Below are positions 48,184-62,310 of a DNA stretch of 64,000 nt, piece after piece. The DNA is from Octopus sinensis (Eukaryota), in NCBI RefSeq assembly GCF_006345805.1, contig NC_042999.1, forward strand, positions 138,446,001 through 138,510,000, in the 5' to 3' direction. Positions within the stretch are counted from its first letter, which is position 1. The number at the start of each line of letters is the position of its first letter. The translations under genes and the position numbers were made by a program. A model generated the notes under the pieces. The model was not told the origin of the DNA. It made no database searches and saw only the letters and a program-made list of their open reading frames with translations.

Positions 48184-50215
48184 ATTTCTTTATTGGCCAC
48201 AAGTGCCAAAACACAAAACAAATAGAGACAATACAATACAAGGGACAAGTGGGGTGTTGAACAATGACGAGTATAGAATGAATAGCAATAACAATTAACA
48301 AGAAACTTCTAATAACGAAAATCCCCAGTGGGGGGAGTTCCACCACAGCCAACTAAAGTATCCCACGCATCCTGGTCACCCCGACCGCCAAGAGCACCTC
48401 AGACAGGCACCCCTCTTCCCCTCAAAATACAGGCGTATGTTCAGAGCGGGCTCATTCACACGGGCCGTCTTCACCACATTCACCCACCTCTCAACTAAAA
48501 AAACTAGTGGAATGGAGGGAAGAACTTTCTTCTCTAACCTCACCTTTTCAAGTGGAACTTGAAAAAGTCGATGAGGGTTTGGCCGAAGAGAAACAATCTG
48601 CCTTTAGTCCATTCAATCTCGTCCACCATAGTCACTAGTCAGAGGAAAACTGCTTTTCCTTCTCGGCCAAAGTAAGGCGGCGGGTCGATCTTCAGAGTTC
48701 CCCGGTAGCACTGACAGGCCACGGATTTCTGGAAGTTATCCATAGGCCCTGACCCGAAAGTCCTCCGAAAAAGACCAGTTAGTTGATCCCTGCCAACTCC
48801 CAGAACTTCCCCGAAAATGTCTTCGCTCTTGCCCACCACTAATCCCCTATAGAACTCCATCGTCGAACTTCCACCGACTGCGTTGCCCGACTGACAGAAA
48901 GCTGTGAACGTTTGCCGACAATCCAGGTGCCAAGTGCCCTTTCCTGGTTTACGCTTGATCCAGGACTGTAGCCCCGTCAATAACACGAGCTTCGAAAAAT
49001 CCCGCCTGAGAGACGGCGATGACACATGCTCACCGTTAAGAAAACGCTGGATATGTCGCAATCTCAGCGCATGTCTGCGCATCATTAGCCACGGCATGCC
49101 CAGTCCTCCACGACGAGCAGAACATTTCCCTTCCACAGAAAGCGGAAACGCAAGCGCTCCAGCTTGATCAAGCACGAAGTGGGGCCAGGGACGACGGTCA
49201 GGTGGTAGTAGATGGCGGAAGTGATGTACGCATTTGCCACCTCTATCCGACCCTTCAGGGACCGCTTCCTCTCTACTCATTTCTGAGTGAGACTGGCCAC
49301 CCTACTCGTCACCTCCCCCAAGTTCTTGTTCACCTGAAGGTCTGTACCAAACCAAACCCCAAGCAATTTAACCGGTCCTTCCCTCCAGCGCCATACAACG
49401 CTGTCGGTTGACAGGGAACTGCCTTTTCAGCTGCAGGCTCACTGACTTCTCCCTGTTAATCTTTGCTCTTGTCACCGCTTCGTACTCTATTAGAGCAGTG
49501 CGGATCACCTAGATTTCCGAGATGTCCGACATTATTACGGTGACGTCGTCCGCATAAACTACCACATCCTGGATCCAGGGGGACGCCCCTCGAAACATCC
49601 AGGCTTTCGCATCAATGGCTCGAGAGTCAGTACGTTCAGAATAGGTGAGAGCCAATACATACAGAAGAGGTGAGAGCTAGTACGTACAGGAGAGGCAAGA
49701 GCCAGTACGTATAGAAGAGGCGAGAGCGATGCTAAACGATTCCGACAGGTGGCCATTTACTTTGGCTACCGAACAGATGTTGCTGTACATTGCAGCAATC
49801 CAGCCTCTGAACATGGGACCGAAACCCGCTGCCGTGAGAACAGCCTCCAAATATTGGTGGTCGACCCTCTCAAAAGCTTTCGATTATCCAGATTGATCAT
49901 GGCCCTACCTATGCATCCCCGACATGGCACTGAGATAGGCGGTGAAATCCATCTCCGTCCCCGACCCGCCGCGTCACCGGTACAGTTCAGCGAAGTGCTG
50001 CTGAAATTCTGCGCACATCTGCTTGGACTCGGGTATCATGTGCCCAACACAGCTCACCATAGACCGAATTGTAACTTTGTTTCCACGTAGCGCCTCTGCT
50101 ACCCGGGCTCATCTAACGACTTTCGTCCCCTCCCGTCTCAATGCACGCACCCTAACTCTGACAATACAACCTTCGTGCTTGGCCTTGAAGAATTGATCAA
50201 GAACTAGCATGTCAG
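48184..50215 (-). mobile_element. 5'-truncated, internally deleted Tx1 LINE (copy C)
   Basis: Contains AKHEGCIVRVR, LSPLLYVLAL, YADD at ~49550 and GGLGMPWLMMRRHALRLRH. It ends CACTTGTGGCCAATAAAGAAAT at 48184. Confidence 0.9.
49622..49721 (-). repeat. 4 x 25-nt tandem amplification of the RT segment coding SPLLYVLAL
   Basis: Plus-strand units gagagtcagtacgttcagaataggt, gagagccaatacatacagaagaggt, gagagctagtacgtacaggagaggc and aagagccagtacgtatagaagaggc. Confidence 0.9.
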
Positions 50216-50299
50216 TCGCTACACCTCACCTAAGCGCTTCTTCTAACTAACTAGATCTCCCTTTATCCTAAATTCCTCGAATAATAATAACCTTTCTTT

Positions 50300-50463
50300 C
50301 TATTATAGGCACAAGGTCTGTTATAGAGAAGAAACGGTGAATTATATCGACCCCAGTGTTCAACTGTTACATATTTTACCGACTCCAAAAGGATGAAAGG
50401 CAAAGTCGAATTCGGTGGTATTTGAACTCAGGATGTAAAGCCGGACGAATTGCCGCTAAGCAC
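50300..50463 (-). mobile_element. Diverged SINE-C copy
   Basis: taggcacaagg...atcgaccccagt...ggatgaaaggcaaagtcga...gaactcag. Confidence 0.75.
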
Positions 50464-50964
50464 AGGGAAAAAGGAAATAGTGATGGATTGAAGGAGATGA
50501 AGGGGAGTGATGAAACAGGAAGACGTCTTCTTCTCTCTCCTTCCCTTCTACCCACTTCTTTTCCTCTTTGGCTTCCTCGGCTTCATCCATTTCCTCCACT
50601 TCCTCATCTTCCTTCCTTTTACACTTCCTCCTCTTCCTCCACTTCCTACCACTTTTTACCTCCTCTCCTCTTCTTTATCTCTCTCTTCTTCCCTTTTCGC
50701 TATTCTTCCCTTCCCTCTTTCCCTTCACCCTCCATCTCTTCCCTCTTTGCCTCCTCAGTCTTCACCCTTCTCCCTCATCACCCCTCATCAGCTCTTCGTC
50801 GCTTCGTCCTTGGCCATTCTTCGCTTCCTCCTTGCCCATTCTTCGTTCTCTCGTCCTTTTTCCCCTCTTGTCTTTCTCACAACCTTTTCTACATACACCT
50901 CGTTTAAACATTAAGACATGCATACATAAATATCAACACAAGGAATATTAATTAGTAGAACATT

Positions 50965-51320
50965 CCTAAAAAAAGCTTCCACCAAGTACAAACGAAACAG
51001 GTCGGATATTCTTTGGGACACACAAGAAAAAGTATATGCCGTCGTAGAGGTCAGCTGCCCTGCTGGTGTTAATATCTCTTCGAAAATCAAAAAGAAAGAG
51101 AATAACTACGGAGCAACTGTTTAGAAACCACCACCTTCTATACCCAGAAAATAAATTTACATTTATACCAACAATAATTTGATCTTGTAGGTAAATGCTT
51201 GTATGACACTCTGAATAAGCTGAGGTTTTCAAAAAAGCAGTTAACACGCACATTACAATTGCAACCTGTAAGTGGAATATTTAAAATATATAAGACTTTT
51301 CTCGGGTTCAAAATGTGAAT
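50965..51320 (+). pseudogene. R4/Dong-like RLE domain relic
   Basis: RNRSDILWD..VVEVSCP..NISSKIKKKENNY and KIYKTFLGFKM*. Confidence 0.7.
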
Positions 51321-51430
51321 TTGCTTTTGTTAACCACATACTGACGATGGAGCGTGGTGTCTTTGCTAGAAACCAGCTCCCTCCTAACAGGAAGATAAAT
51401 TATTAAAAATAGAAGAGAACATACTCACTC

Positions 51431-51486
<56 letters not shown>

Positions 51487-51813
51487 TCACATATTTTTCC
51501 ATTTATTTACATACATATGCTAAGTATTTTGCATAATTTGATTTTAACAGGCGGCTTATCTTCCCTATTTTTCAGATAACGTTTATATATTGTCTAACAA
51601 TAAAACTTTTTTGTTCTGTTTTACCTCATCAGTATTTGTCATGATATTTAAATATCTTCACTGCACATCTATTGCATACCATTTTAAAGAGAATCAGAAC
51701 CAAGAAACTCGGAGTAACGATCTAAGAAGTTTTAGCTTCCAACAAATTTTATTACGCTAATTGCAGATTTATTTTCTCTGCCTTACTTACCTATCCGTCT
51801 GCCTTTCTGTTTG

Positions 51814-51892
<79 letters not shown>

Positions 51893-52319
51893 GTCAAACT
51901 AACTAATTAACTAAGTATATGCATTCATATGTTTATATATAAATGTATGAAAATAGCTGGTGGCCGTATGTAAGTACGTATGCATGTTGTTTTGTGAATA
52001 ATTAACTATTTGCAGCCAACATTAATAAATGTTGTGTTTGTTTACTACATGCTTATCTATGGATAGTACACAATAACAAACTATACTTCTGAATAATTAG
52101 CTATTCTACTATATGTGTCACATGACTAAGTACTGATTAAATAAATTTTAATGGTTTACTTTAGTTTTTAGTTTTATTCAACTCGTCAAAACAATGTATT
52201 AAAAAGAGAAAGATAAATTTATAGATCGTGAGACTTCAGTCATCTCTATTTCCTTCTCTCTAGCTTCCCTCGCTCTCATATGCATGCTTTCACAAACACA
52301 CACATACACGACTACAGTA

Positions 52320-52369
<50 letters not shown>

Positions 52370-52784
52370 ACACACACATACACACACACACACACACACA
52401 CGAAAATATGATCCAAGGATACGAATGTAGGAATTTTGTAAGCTTCAAGCAGTAGGCGGCTATTATAGAGAACAAAAGTGGACAGTATACGATAAGCTAA
52501 AATAACAATTTATTGGCATCGTAAGTAAGACACTTTCTCATATCAAAGTTACAAATAATTTGGATAAACTGATAGTTTCTATACAACTCACTGTTACAAG
52601 AAATTAGCGGCAATGTAAACTTCATTGAGGTAATTTCAGCCTGATGAATAGCTACGCTGTGGAGACTTCCTTACATAATAGCTATGTGATAAACTTCAGC
52701 TCGTTAAGAAACATATGTAGTTTGCATATTACCTGTTCTACTTCTTTAAATTTTTGTTTATACATGCATACACACGCGCACACG

Positions 52785-52860
<76 letters not shown>

Positions 52861-53111
52861 TAAGACTTAAAAAGTAAGTACCAGGTCGGTTTGTTTGAAA
52901 GAACTCTTGAAGGCGGTGCCCCAGTATGGCTTCTATACAATGACTGAAGCAAGTAAAAGAAAATGAGATATGTAAGTACACACGCACACACACATTTCTA
53001 CATCTATATATATATACATACATATATATGTATATACACACACACACACACACCACACACACACACACACACCACACACACACATATATATATATATAAT
53101 ATATATATATA

Positions 53112-53550
53112 TCAAAATAAACAGCAAGGCTATCCAGAGGTAATGCAGTACGATCGTTTCAAGCAACTCCATTTAATTGAACAATACAATCATTATATCA
53201 ATTTAAATGCAGAGCAATCCTCAGCTACATAAAGACATAGAATTGAATTAAATTAAAACAGATGGATACGTTAATGTAATTTTACTTAAAACCTCCAAGA
53301 AGGTAAGGAGATAGTCAAAGAACATGCTGTCTTCACTTATTAATGTTGGCTGCAAGTAGTTAATTAAAGCTTTTGAGAGGGTCGACCACCAATATGTGGA
53401 GGCTGTTCTCGCGGCAGCGGGTTTCGGTCCCATGTTCAGAGGCTGGATCCCTGCAATGTACAGCAACATCTGTTTGGTAGCCAAAGTAAATGGAGTTGTT
53501 TGAAACGATCGTACTGCATTACCTCTGGATATCCTTGTTGCTTATTTTGA
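53112..53550. repeat. 64-bp inverted repeat (53112-53175 and 53487-53550) enclosing a Tx1 RT fragment (53366-53493, plus strand)
   Basis: The spacer translates KAFERVDHQYVEAVLAAAGFGPMFRGWIPAMYSNI..VNG, colinear with 18150-18280. The arms carry GAAAcgatcgTA. Confidence 0.8.
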
Positions 53551-53673
53551 TTTTAATCACCTTATTTTGAAATCGTATGGATAATACCGTACTAAATTCT
53601 GGTGCCTCAACTTAAGTACCTAATTCATCTCAATCTATCTATCTATCTATCTCTATCTATCTATCTATCTATC

Positions 53674-53714
<41 letters not shown>

Positions 53715-55199
53715 ATACAGAGGGGAGATGGGAGAGAGAGAGACAAACAGAGAGAGAGGGGGGGAGAGAGAGTGAGAGAGACGGATGTACTTGTCTGGCA
53801 AGTGATTTGATCTGAAACCGTGTATTGTTGAAACTAAAACTATTATAGCTATTTGTAACCACACGAAAATTGCTCATTTTACTTTTATTATTTGGTGTCA
53901 GCACTTTCGTCGAACCAATTGCCTTCCTGGTCATTGACACGGATCCACTGCAAATGGTTTGAAGCGAGACTTGCTGGTCAGAATATCTAGGCTTCGGAGT
54001 TATAGATATAACTGTAAGGTGAAGCCTCTGTTTTGTAATGTTAAGCAGATTTAATTATGGTATATATTCAAGTCTCAATACTCGTAAAGGTGTATGATCT
54101 TCACATTTTTCACTCGAGTATTGCTACTTTTCTTCGCCGTCACACTGATGTAACAACATCGGGGTTCAAATCTAAGCCATATATAAGATCCTGGATTACC
54201 TAGACACACGAATACACCCACTCATTCTCGCAAGGAGCACAAAATTATACACTTGGCACCAATTTAGCTGAAGGATTAACTGAAGGATTTTCGATCAGTA
54301 CATCAGATCAGTTTAAGGACTACATTCCGGATCTTTGGTAGATTTTTCCCCTAGTTTCTGTTGCATGTGGGAGTGAAGCTATTTGCTAGCAGCTAGAGAT
54401 ATGTAATCCTGCTCAGGATCCCATCCCAGATACTATTTGCCGGAGGAACCCGAGACTACTTCTAGGTAGGACGTCAGACCCTTCACTCTTAAATAGTAAC
54501 TGAATTCAACGCCCACAACCTAAAAAGGCAGGCGTGGGATACATCATGCTGACCAACAGAGCAAAGAGGCACATACACCAGATCGATGGGCTCAACATGT
54601 TATTGTATGACAGTAAATTGTGGAAACCAAACCCACGCTAGGAGAGCAATCGCAACGTTTTATATTTGTGTTAGCTCAGACAGATCTTGGACAATGAAGG
54701 AAATGAAGGCATTCCATGCTAGAATGGCTTTAAACAAGCAAGAATCTCATACCTGTTTACTACGTTTATCACACGCTGCTCCAGGCTACTGAGCTACAGC
54801 CGAGTGATGAGTACTAGCCGAGTGATAGTGCAGCCACCTTTCGCCTCAGCCGTCATACCTTTGCTACTCCACTGAGTCAAGGGTAAGAAGTGTAAGAAGG
54901 TGTTCATGTCTGTTTATGATTGCATAAGTTACCAAAACAATTCAAGAAAGCTTGGTGCTTGTTAGCAAACCATACTCGCTTGTTAAAAAAACCCGTTCGA
55001 AAATGTGTCACATTGATATTTTCAATTTTCACAAGCCGAACACGTGATATACGTGAGTGTCTATGTGTGTATGTGTGTATGTGTGTATGTGTGTATGTGT
55101 GTTTGTGTGCATGTGTCTGTATATCTATCTATCTACTTATTTATCTATATCTTTATCTGAAAAAAATTAACAAGCATATTTCTGAGTGTGCACATAAAA

Positions 55200-58150
55200 A
55201 CCATTAATAAATGCCTATACAAGAATGGAATGGTGAATGCTTACATAAATGTAAAACTTCATATGTAAAATCTCCATTCTGAAAATTTTTTTGAATGTCT
55301 CTACAAAAGCAACACTGCACAAAGAGATTAATAGAATAAAAACAAATGTTAGTTAATAATAAATATTCAAAAAATTTACTTGACCAAATTATTCAACAAA
55401 TTCAAAACAATAAATTCAACATAAATGCAACAGACACAATACCTAATTAAAAACAAAGAAATTGAATATAAAATATATTATATGAATGGAATGTACCCAG
55501 ATTGAAGAATAGACGAACGTATTATAAATAAAATGTAATTAAAATTGCACAGCTTGCATTTAAACAATTCAAATAAGTATTCATAAAATATAACAAACAC
55601 ACAAAAGCTCAAATTCCTCGAATCAACAACAAACCACAATTATACCAGCCAATGAATAAACTTTAGATAACTAAGTAATTGACACATTCAGATGCAGGCA
55701 TGACTGTTACATCTGATATATATTTACACCATATTCTCATTAGTCGACCGTAATTTTGCAACGCATTTTATTACACAACACTAAAGTGTACAACATCCCT
55801 GTTGTCGCATGGTTAGAAAAAGAAGGAACGCATTGAGCAATGTAGTCCACCAATACAGAAATGTCGACGAGAGAAGAACGGTGGAAAAGATCTAGAAGGG
55901 AACGCTTTTCACCATAGGTTTGCTCAAACAGGATTGACCCATTGCTAAACAAAAATAACCCAGATAATCTTTGATATATCGAGAGTGTATGCAGTCTACG
56001 CAACTGATTACTGCATGATGGATTGTACAGTATGGTTCTCATCAAGGCGGAGATGTGCTTTAACTCTAAAAACAGATATACAGTATGTGTTGCGCCTAGT
56101 AATTTAATCGACGCGGTGTGTGTCATAATTTTGCTCGATCAAAATGTGTGCCTGGTTATATAAAAGCTATTTCGGAAACGCGCGTGCGTGCAATTAATTA
56201 TTACAATGTACTCAATTCAAAGATTATATTTCATTAGGAAACGAAGCTTCTTGAATTGTAACTCAATTTCACGTTAGCTGTTATTCAAAAGATTGCAGTA
56301 AAGAAGCAGCATGACAATATGTATGCAAAAATATTTGTATGCACAGCAGAATATAAGATATAGCGATGTGACTGGTTGCCAAAAATCCCTAGAAAATATG
56401 TTTGACATCTATCTTAGATTTCATATGCATTCATGTGTTCACTTACAAAAAACTCTTGCTTTCAGTGTCATTTGTATGAAAACTATGGTCTTGTTAATAA
56501 TCACGAGCATACTCGATAAGGCCCATTCATCATAAGGCCTCTGCTGTCATCTTTCTCTTTGCGAGAAACTGCACGTATACCAGCAGTCAGCAATATGCAT
56601 CGGCAAGAAAACTCAACTGTTATTTTGTTTCTACAAGCGGATCTCTCTTCTACCTTCTTTTACAGCAGTAGCTCTTAATAATGTCCCATAAAAATCACTC
56701 AACACTGTTTTTCTTTGTATGAGTATTTAACTGTCTTCCTAATGTCACTAAAGAGATTAATTGCAAGATATTACGTGTAGGTTTCATAAAGTATTACTGA
56801 TATTTCATAACAACTTTTTTAATTTCTCATACCCTCTACTCAAGCTATTAGAGCTAGAATCTCTAACCAGAGTAAGAGAGAGTGTTCCTGCCCACCGTAC
56901 AGAATTGTCTTACCCCTAGGATCAGTCGCCAGTCGTTGATTCCCATCACAAACCAATAACAGTCGTCTCATCATGTAGCATTTATCTGTCATTAATCAGT
57001 AGCAATCAACAGCCACTGATACCATTACGTGATAAAGAGCAGCCAATAACAACCTGTCTTATTTTTATTTAATGATAGCCAGCCTAACGTAGAAGCAGTG
57101 AAGGACTAGTCGCTCAGAACCAAAAAATCAAACAATCAACTGTGCATTTCTCACTTTTGCGGAAGTTTGAGTAATGCAATTCAAGATGAAACTGTAATTA
57201 ATACATACATGAATATATGAATTCAAAGATATATGTATATATACATAGATGTATATGTGCTTGAGCGCGCGTATATGTATATATCCGTGTGTGTGTCTGT
57301 GTATATGTGAACGCAGCATTCTTGTATAGATGTTACAGGGACGCAGTCACAGGATCCCGTATTTGATACCACTTGGTGGAATCGTGTTTTTTTCACCATA
57401 GCATCGGTTCACTTTAGCCTTGGGAGTGGAATTTGCTAAGGGGATTGCATTGTTCATTCTAATTCAATAGTCCAGCCTTGTCACACTAATTAGGTGCGAG
57501 AATTACGTGCTTGTGGAGGGTTCAGTCACTTTTATGGTAATTCAATCAACAAGAAACTCAGTCGATCGAACTGAATACTCATCGTCGAGAAAGATTGTCA
57601 TGCATTATATATTTGTATGCGTATATGTGTTTGCGCATAAGAATGTATATATATATATTTGAATATTTAGGCATACCTTTACACACACAAACACGCACAT
57701 ACACACACACACACACACACTTATACATATATGCATACATAATTATACATGTGTATATGTATGTACATTTGTCAGGGTATGTACATTAACCTATTTTGAT
57801 GACCTTTTTACTGACCGCTGTATTATTTTTACAATACAGTTATCTATTCTACGACCTAGGTGCATTCCATTCATTTAATATATATGCGATTTCTTTGTTT
57901 TTATTGCGCATTGTCTCTGTTGCATTTATTGCGCTAAATTTGTTTCTATGTTGAATAATTTGGTCAAGTAAATTATTTGAATATCTATTATTAACCAACA
58001 TTTGTTTTTATTCTATTAATTTCTTTGTGTAATGTAGCTTTTGTGGGGACATTCAAAAGATTCTTCAGAATAGAAATTTTACATATGAAATTCGTATTTG
58101 TGTAGACATTTATTATCTCTTTCATGTATAAGCATTTATTAATGTTTATT
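55200..58150. repeat. Diverged inverted pair of a ~240-bp AT-rich repeat (55200-55440 and 57908-58150)
   Basis: aatagaataaaaacaaatgtt...aatttacttgaccaaattattcaaca matches tgttgaataatttggtcaagtaaatt...aacatttgtttttattctatt in reverse complement. Confidence 0.75.
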
Positions 58151-58208
58151 TTTTAATGTGTATAATGATGTAATGTCTTTAATTTTCCCCAAACTCGCAC
58201 ATTTATGT

Positions 58209-58251
<43 letters not shown>

Positions 58252-58330
58252 CCCCTGATGCAGTACCAGGCAGTGGTTCTCATGGCTTCTGATCTTAACT
58301 GATTGGAAGTGTAATCATGTACCGTCTGCA

Positions 58331-58407
58331 GACAATTCGTCGACAGACAATTCGCTGACAGACAATTCGCCGATTGGACAATTGGCTGACTGGACAATAA
58401 GTTGACA
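58331..58407. repeat. 5 x 15-16-nt tandem (gacaattcgccgaca-like), resembling a DNA-transposon subterminal array
   Basis: Direct inspection; the family assignment is inference. Confidence 0.7.
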
Positions 58408-60250
58408 TGCGAAATGATCGATAATCGACGCGAAAGCATCGATCATGGACTAAATAAATTTTTGATTTATTATCTTCGTTCCAGAATGGGTAAACAAATT
58501 GCTGCTTGGAAACAATTGGTACCAACTAAATGTGAGACAGGAAAAGTCAAGAAATTTTCCAAACTTGGCATCCCATTAAGGAAATGACAAACTGGTTGTT
58601 TGCAGACAAAACGAGCTGTGGACACGTATTTCTGCCTCAATAGGCGTCATCAGAACAACAATTGTCTTAACTTATTTCTAGCAACGAAACTCTTAAATAT
58701 ATGCAAAAAAGGGTAGAACATATACATGGCCTTGATAATTTGCATAAATGAAACGAAAATGAGCCTAGAAAAATAACTTAATTCACTTGCTGTCGAAAAT
58801 CAGTACCAGATTTTCTGGGAATATATCAATGGAGATAATTACTACCTCAACTCAAAAATTTTTCTTACAATTAAGAAAGAGAAAATACATAGTTAAATAA
58901 ACTGAATTTTAAAAATCAAAAAAACTGAACTTATTGTGTCGAATTTTAAATGACAATAGTCAAAGTTTATCGTAGCGAAATGTTGAATTGAAAGTGTTTT
59001 TAGACTGTATCCCACTATTTCTGCCTACAATGGATTCAAATGATACAATAAGAAAGAAGGTAATTGGATAATTGCTGGAAAGGACCGAATTGGTTACATA
59101 AGTACCTGTATATTACGCATGCTATTTACCAACTGCCAAAAAGATGAAAGAAAAATTAAACCCCATCCAAATCTGAAGTTAAATTGAAGAGGAGATAAAA
59201 GTAACGTAAAATATTTAGAGCAGCGCTCCATGTCGTTGCTAGAAGAAAGTTGAAGATCGAAGCATTGCTGTACCGGGCAAAAAACAAAACCTTATAAGGC
59301 CGTGTCTCTCGCTTGCACTTTATACTAAATGATGTGCCAATGAAGGGCCACAAGGTGTTAGCTAGAACTGTGAGAAATAGCAGTCGAGTTTTCCTCAAAT
59401 AGCACTACTGATTTGGAAAAAATAAATGGAATATTAAATTATGTCGTCCTGGAATTTAATTTATGCGAACAGATAAAAAGTCTGCTAGGTCTGCGCTAGA
59501 CTGGTGCTAAATATATAAACTCTTTATCTTTTAGCTCCATATAGCTTAAACTGATACTATGGCTGTTATATTTCAGATCTGTAAGTTGTGACAGCCGTTT
59601 GAAATGACGTGTGTCGTTGGTCTGTTCTTCTGAGTTCAGTTCTTTTAATAGGAAAAGTTACCTACGATGGACCAGTGCCATACCCAAGGTGAGGTTTATT
59701 ATGTTTTTCATATGCATTACAACGGGAGCTAGAGATGAAAAGTGAACAAGTATGGCTTGTTAACGTGCAGAATGCTTCGTTAATTGTTTAAGGTACTTAT
59801 TTAAATACCATCTCGATTCTCCCACTTTTTGACATTATCGACGATGACTATCTCCAGTTATATCGCTTTCCTCCTCGAGTTTCTGTCCTGAGTTGCTGTG
59901 ATTTAACCTCATGTTACCGCATTTGCCCTAACTCCTCGTAACAATAGCCAGCTGTGAGGAGGGGGTATTTATTGGTAACTTCGTTTACTCCATCCAATGT
60001 CTCTTCTGTGTTACAAAGCTTAGCTCTCTCTAGGAAGAGGCATTCTTGACATTGTCTCTCTAGGATGAGGCATTCTTGACCTTGACTCACCTGTCTAATT
60101 TTTGAATCTCTCTCTTTGTTTAAGTCGAGAAGACCTACCCCGCAACAGTAGTTCTACCTGAAACTCAATGTAGATTCATAAGAAAAAGCAGCGTAAATAT
60201 GATATTCTGCTTCCGTTAGATCTAGGAGATATGTGAAACTGTAAAAGATA

Positions 60251-60912
60251 CGATGTGTACGTTTGGTCGGGACTGTGACAGGTTCCCAAAAGGTTTGAAA
60301 CTCCGGCGAACTTTCACAAGTATCATCGACTCATCAAAAGTAAACACCATATCAACAACATCCTGTTTCTTGATTAGGGTAAATGTTCATACCTTCGATC
60401 CGTACACGAAGACAGATAATTCTATTGTTTGATATTCTTGCCATTCACTCAGATCATAACATGTTTATTGTACCATAGTCACTCTCTCACGTTTCCGAAC
60501 GTTGGGCTGGCTTTCTCATCCTGCGATCACTTTACCTATCTGAGGCAATCAATCACTAATGATTGATTGCACTTTGATGATAAACTTAGGTTGTGTTACT
60601 GAACTCGTGTCGTTATGACTTGGATGATAAATTCATTTTTTCTAGAGATTAGTAGTTAAGCTGAACTTTGTACCTACATAGATAAAACATTCACCAAGCT
60701 CAGCATGTCCTCGGTAGTGTTATCACTCGTGGTAATACACATATTTGTAGATTATAACATGCTTCCAGCGCATGTATGATGACAGCTACATGTCATATAG
60801 AATGTTGTAGATATGGTGTTTATTTTTGATGAGTCAGTGGTACTTGTGAAACTTCGCTGGAATTTCAAACCTTTTGGAGACCTGTCATAGTCCAGACCAA
60901 GAGTACACATCG
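60251..60912. repeat. Diverged inverted repeat, arms 60251-60361 and 60802-60912
   Basis: cgatgtgtac...aaaggtttgaaa...tcacaagta...gactcatcaaaa.taaacaccatat is mirrored. The right arm has a TTGATGA...GAAA remnant. Confidence 0.8.
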
Positions 60913-61994
60913 CTTTTTTTCTGTTCCACTTATCTCCTAAATCTGATGGAGGCAGAACACCATATTCAAGTTGCTTTTTCTCCTTCTGAATCTACACTGA
61001 GTTTTAGGTAGAACTACTGTTGCGGGGGTCTTCTTGGCTTTAACAAAGGGAGAACCCACTCGACTGTTTCCGCTGTCATTCATATTACTCCATATATTAA
61101 AGCCTAAATGCCTTAGACACACAATGTTTGAATATATCAAGGCAGCATGGTCACTGCTTTTACCAGTGTTGACCTTATGTTAAATAACAACAGCAACAAC
61201 ATGGAGTTTATTTCCATATTGTAAACTAAGAACACAAATTCTGGTTTTAAATGTGTATCGATAACTGCCAGTGTCAAACGTGTAAAAAGTTGATTGACTT
61301 GACCTTGAAATAAATACATATCGTAAAGCTGTGGAGAGTTGATAATTTACTTCTAACTTGAATACATTTTACAGGTTATTGTTGTTGTTAAGCCCCGATT
61401 AACTAGGACACAGCAGACTTATATCAAAAGTGGTCCAGCCATGACCATTAAGTGCTCTATGTTTGAATGATCATATGTCGAGCGACCTCTTAAAGCAGTG
61501 TTTCCCAAGAGCGTTCTCTGGAACCCTAGGGTTTATGAGAAGTCGCTAGGGATTTCAGAAGAAATAGAGATCGATAGGCTACTGATAAGTAAAGGCGTTT
61601 TTTGTTTCGTTTTTGAATTTAATTTTATATCTGCAATTTTATTATGGTTGTTACGGGACCCCGAAAGTTGCCACGGAATCCCACCTGCCGTCGCTCGAAC
61701 TCGAAACCCGGGATCCCAACAAGTCGAGCGACGACGATCGACCAGGCCCGATCGATTGCCAACTGTTTGCCCTGAATCCCAAATGCCGACTGCCTCTCAC
61801 AAACTGAACTGCTCACTTAAGGGGGTAGCCCTCAAATGAACCCTAATTCACCCGAAAGGGTCGGGGAGTTTCCCCAGAGCTAATTAATCAACCTGCATCT
61901 GGCAGAACAATGGATTCATTCCCAAAAGTAGGTCGCCAGCTATGTCCTTAAGTTGAACCACAACATGGTATATTCCTCAAAGTAGGAAAATATT

Positions 61995-62310
61995 TGTTTC
62001 AAATTTTGGCACAAGGCGAGGAATTTTGGGGAAGGATGCTAGACGATTACATCGCCCCCACTGTTCAACTGGCACTTAATTTATCGACCCCCAAAAGGAT
62101 GAAAGGCAAAGTCGACTTCGGCGGAATTTGAACCCATAACGTGCAAAAGTAGGAAAATATTCTTTTCTACTCTAGGCACAAGGCCCAAAATGTTTGGGGA
62201 GGAGGTCAGTCGATTAGATCGACCCCAGTACGCAACTGGTACTTCATTTATCGACCCCTGAAAGGATGAAAGGCAAAGTCGACCTCGGAGGAATTTGAAC
62301 CCAGAACATG
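61995..62310 (-). mobile_element. Two tandem 5'-truncated SINE-C copies separated and flanked by the same 16-mer
   Basis: aa(a/g)gtaggaaaatatt at 61979-61994, 62146-62161 and 62312-62327. Confidence 0.85.

Noticed and set aside
49622-49721. CRISPR-like array (also 58331-58407 and 15043-15138)
   Set aside because: The repeats are head-to-tail with no unique spacers, there are no cas genes, and the context is eukaryotic.
51338-51385. Hammerhead-like CTGACGA...GAAAC after the RLE relic
   Set aside because: Stem II is weak and no stem III or stem I pairing could be formed.
54200-54800. Possible decayed APE endonuclease (EFNAHN-like motif)
   Set aside because: A single short motif; I could not recover other APE motifs in register.
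55740-56126. 128-aa minus-strand ORF as a host gene
   Set aside because: No recognisable domain and no convincing splice sites or promoter in that orientation.
61648-61880. Possible solo LTR beginning TGTTACG, or a hAT MITE beginning CAGTGTTTCCCAA at 61497
   Set aside because: No matching second end, TSD or PBS found.
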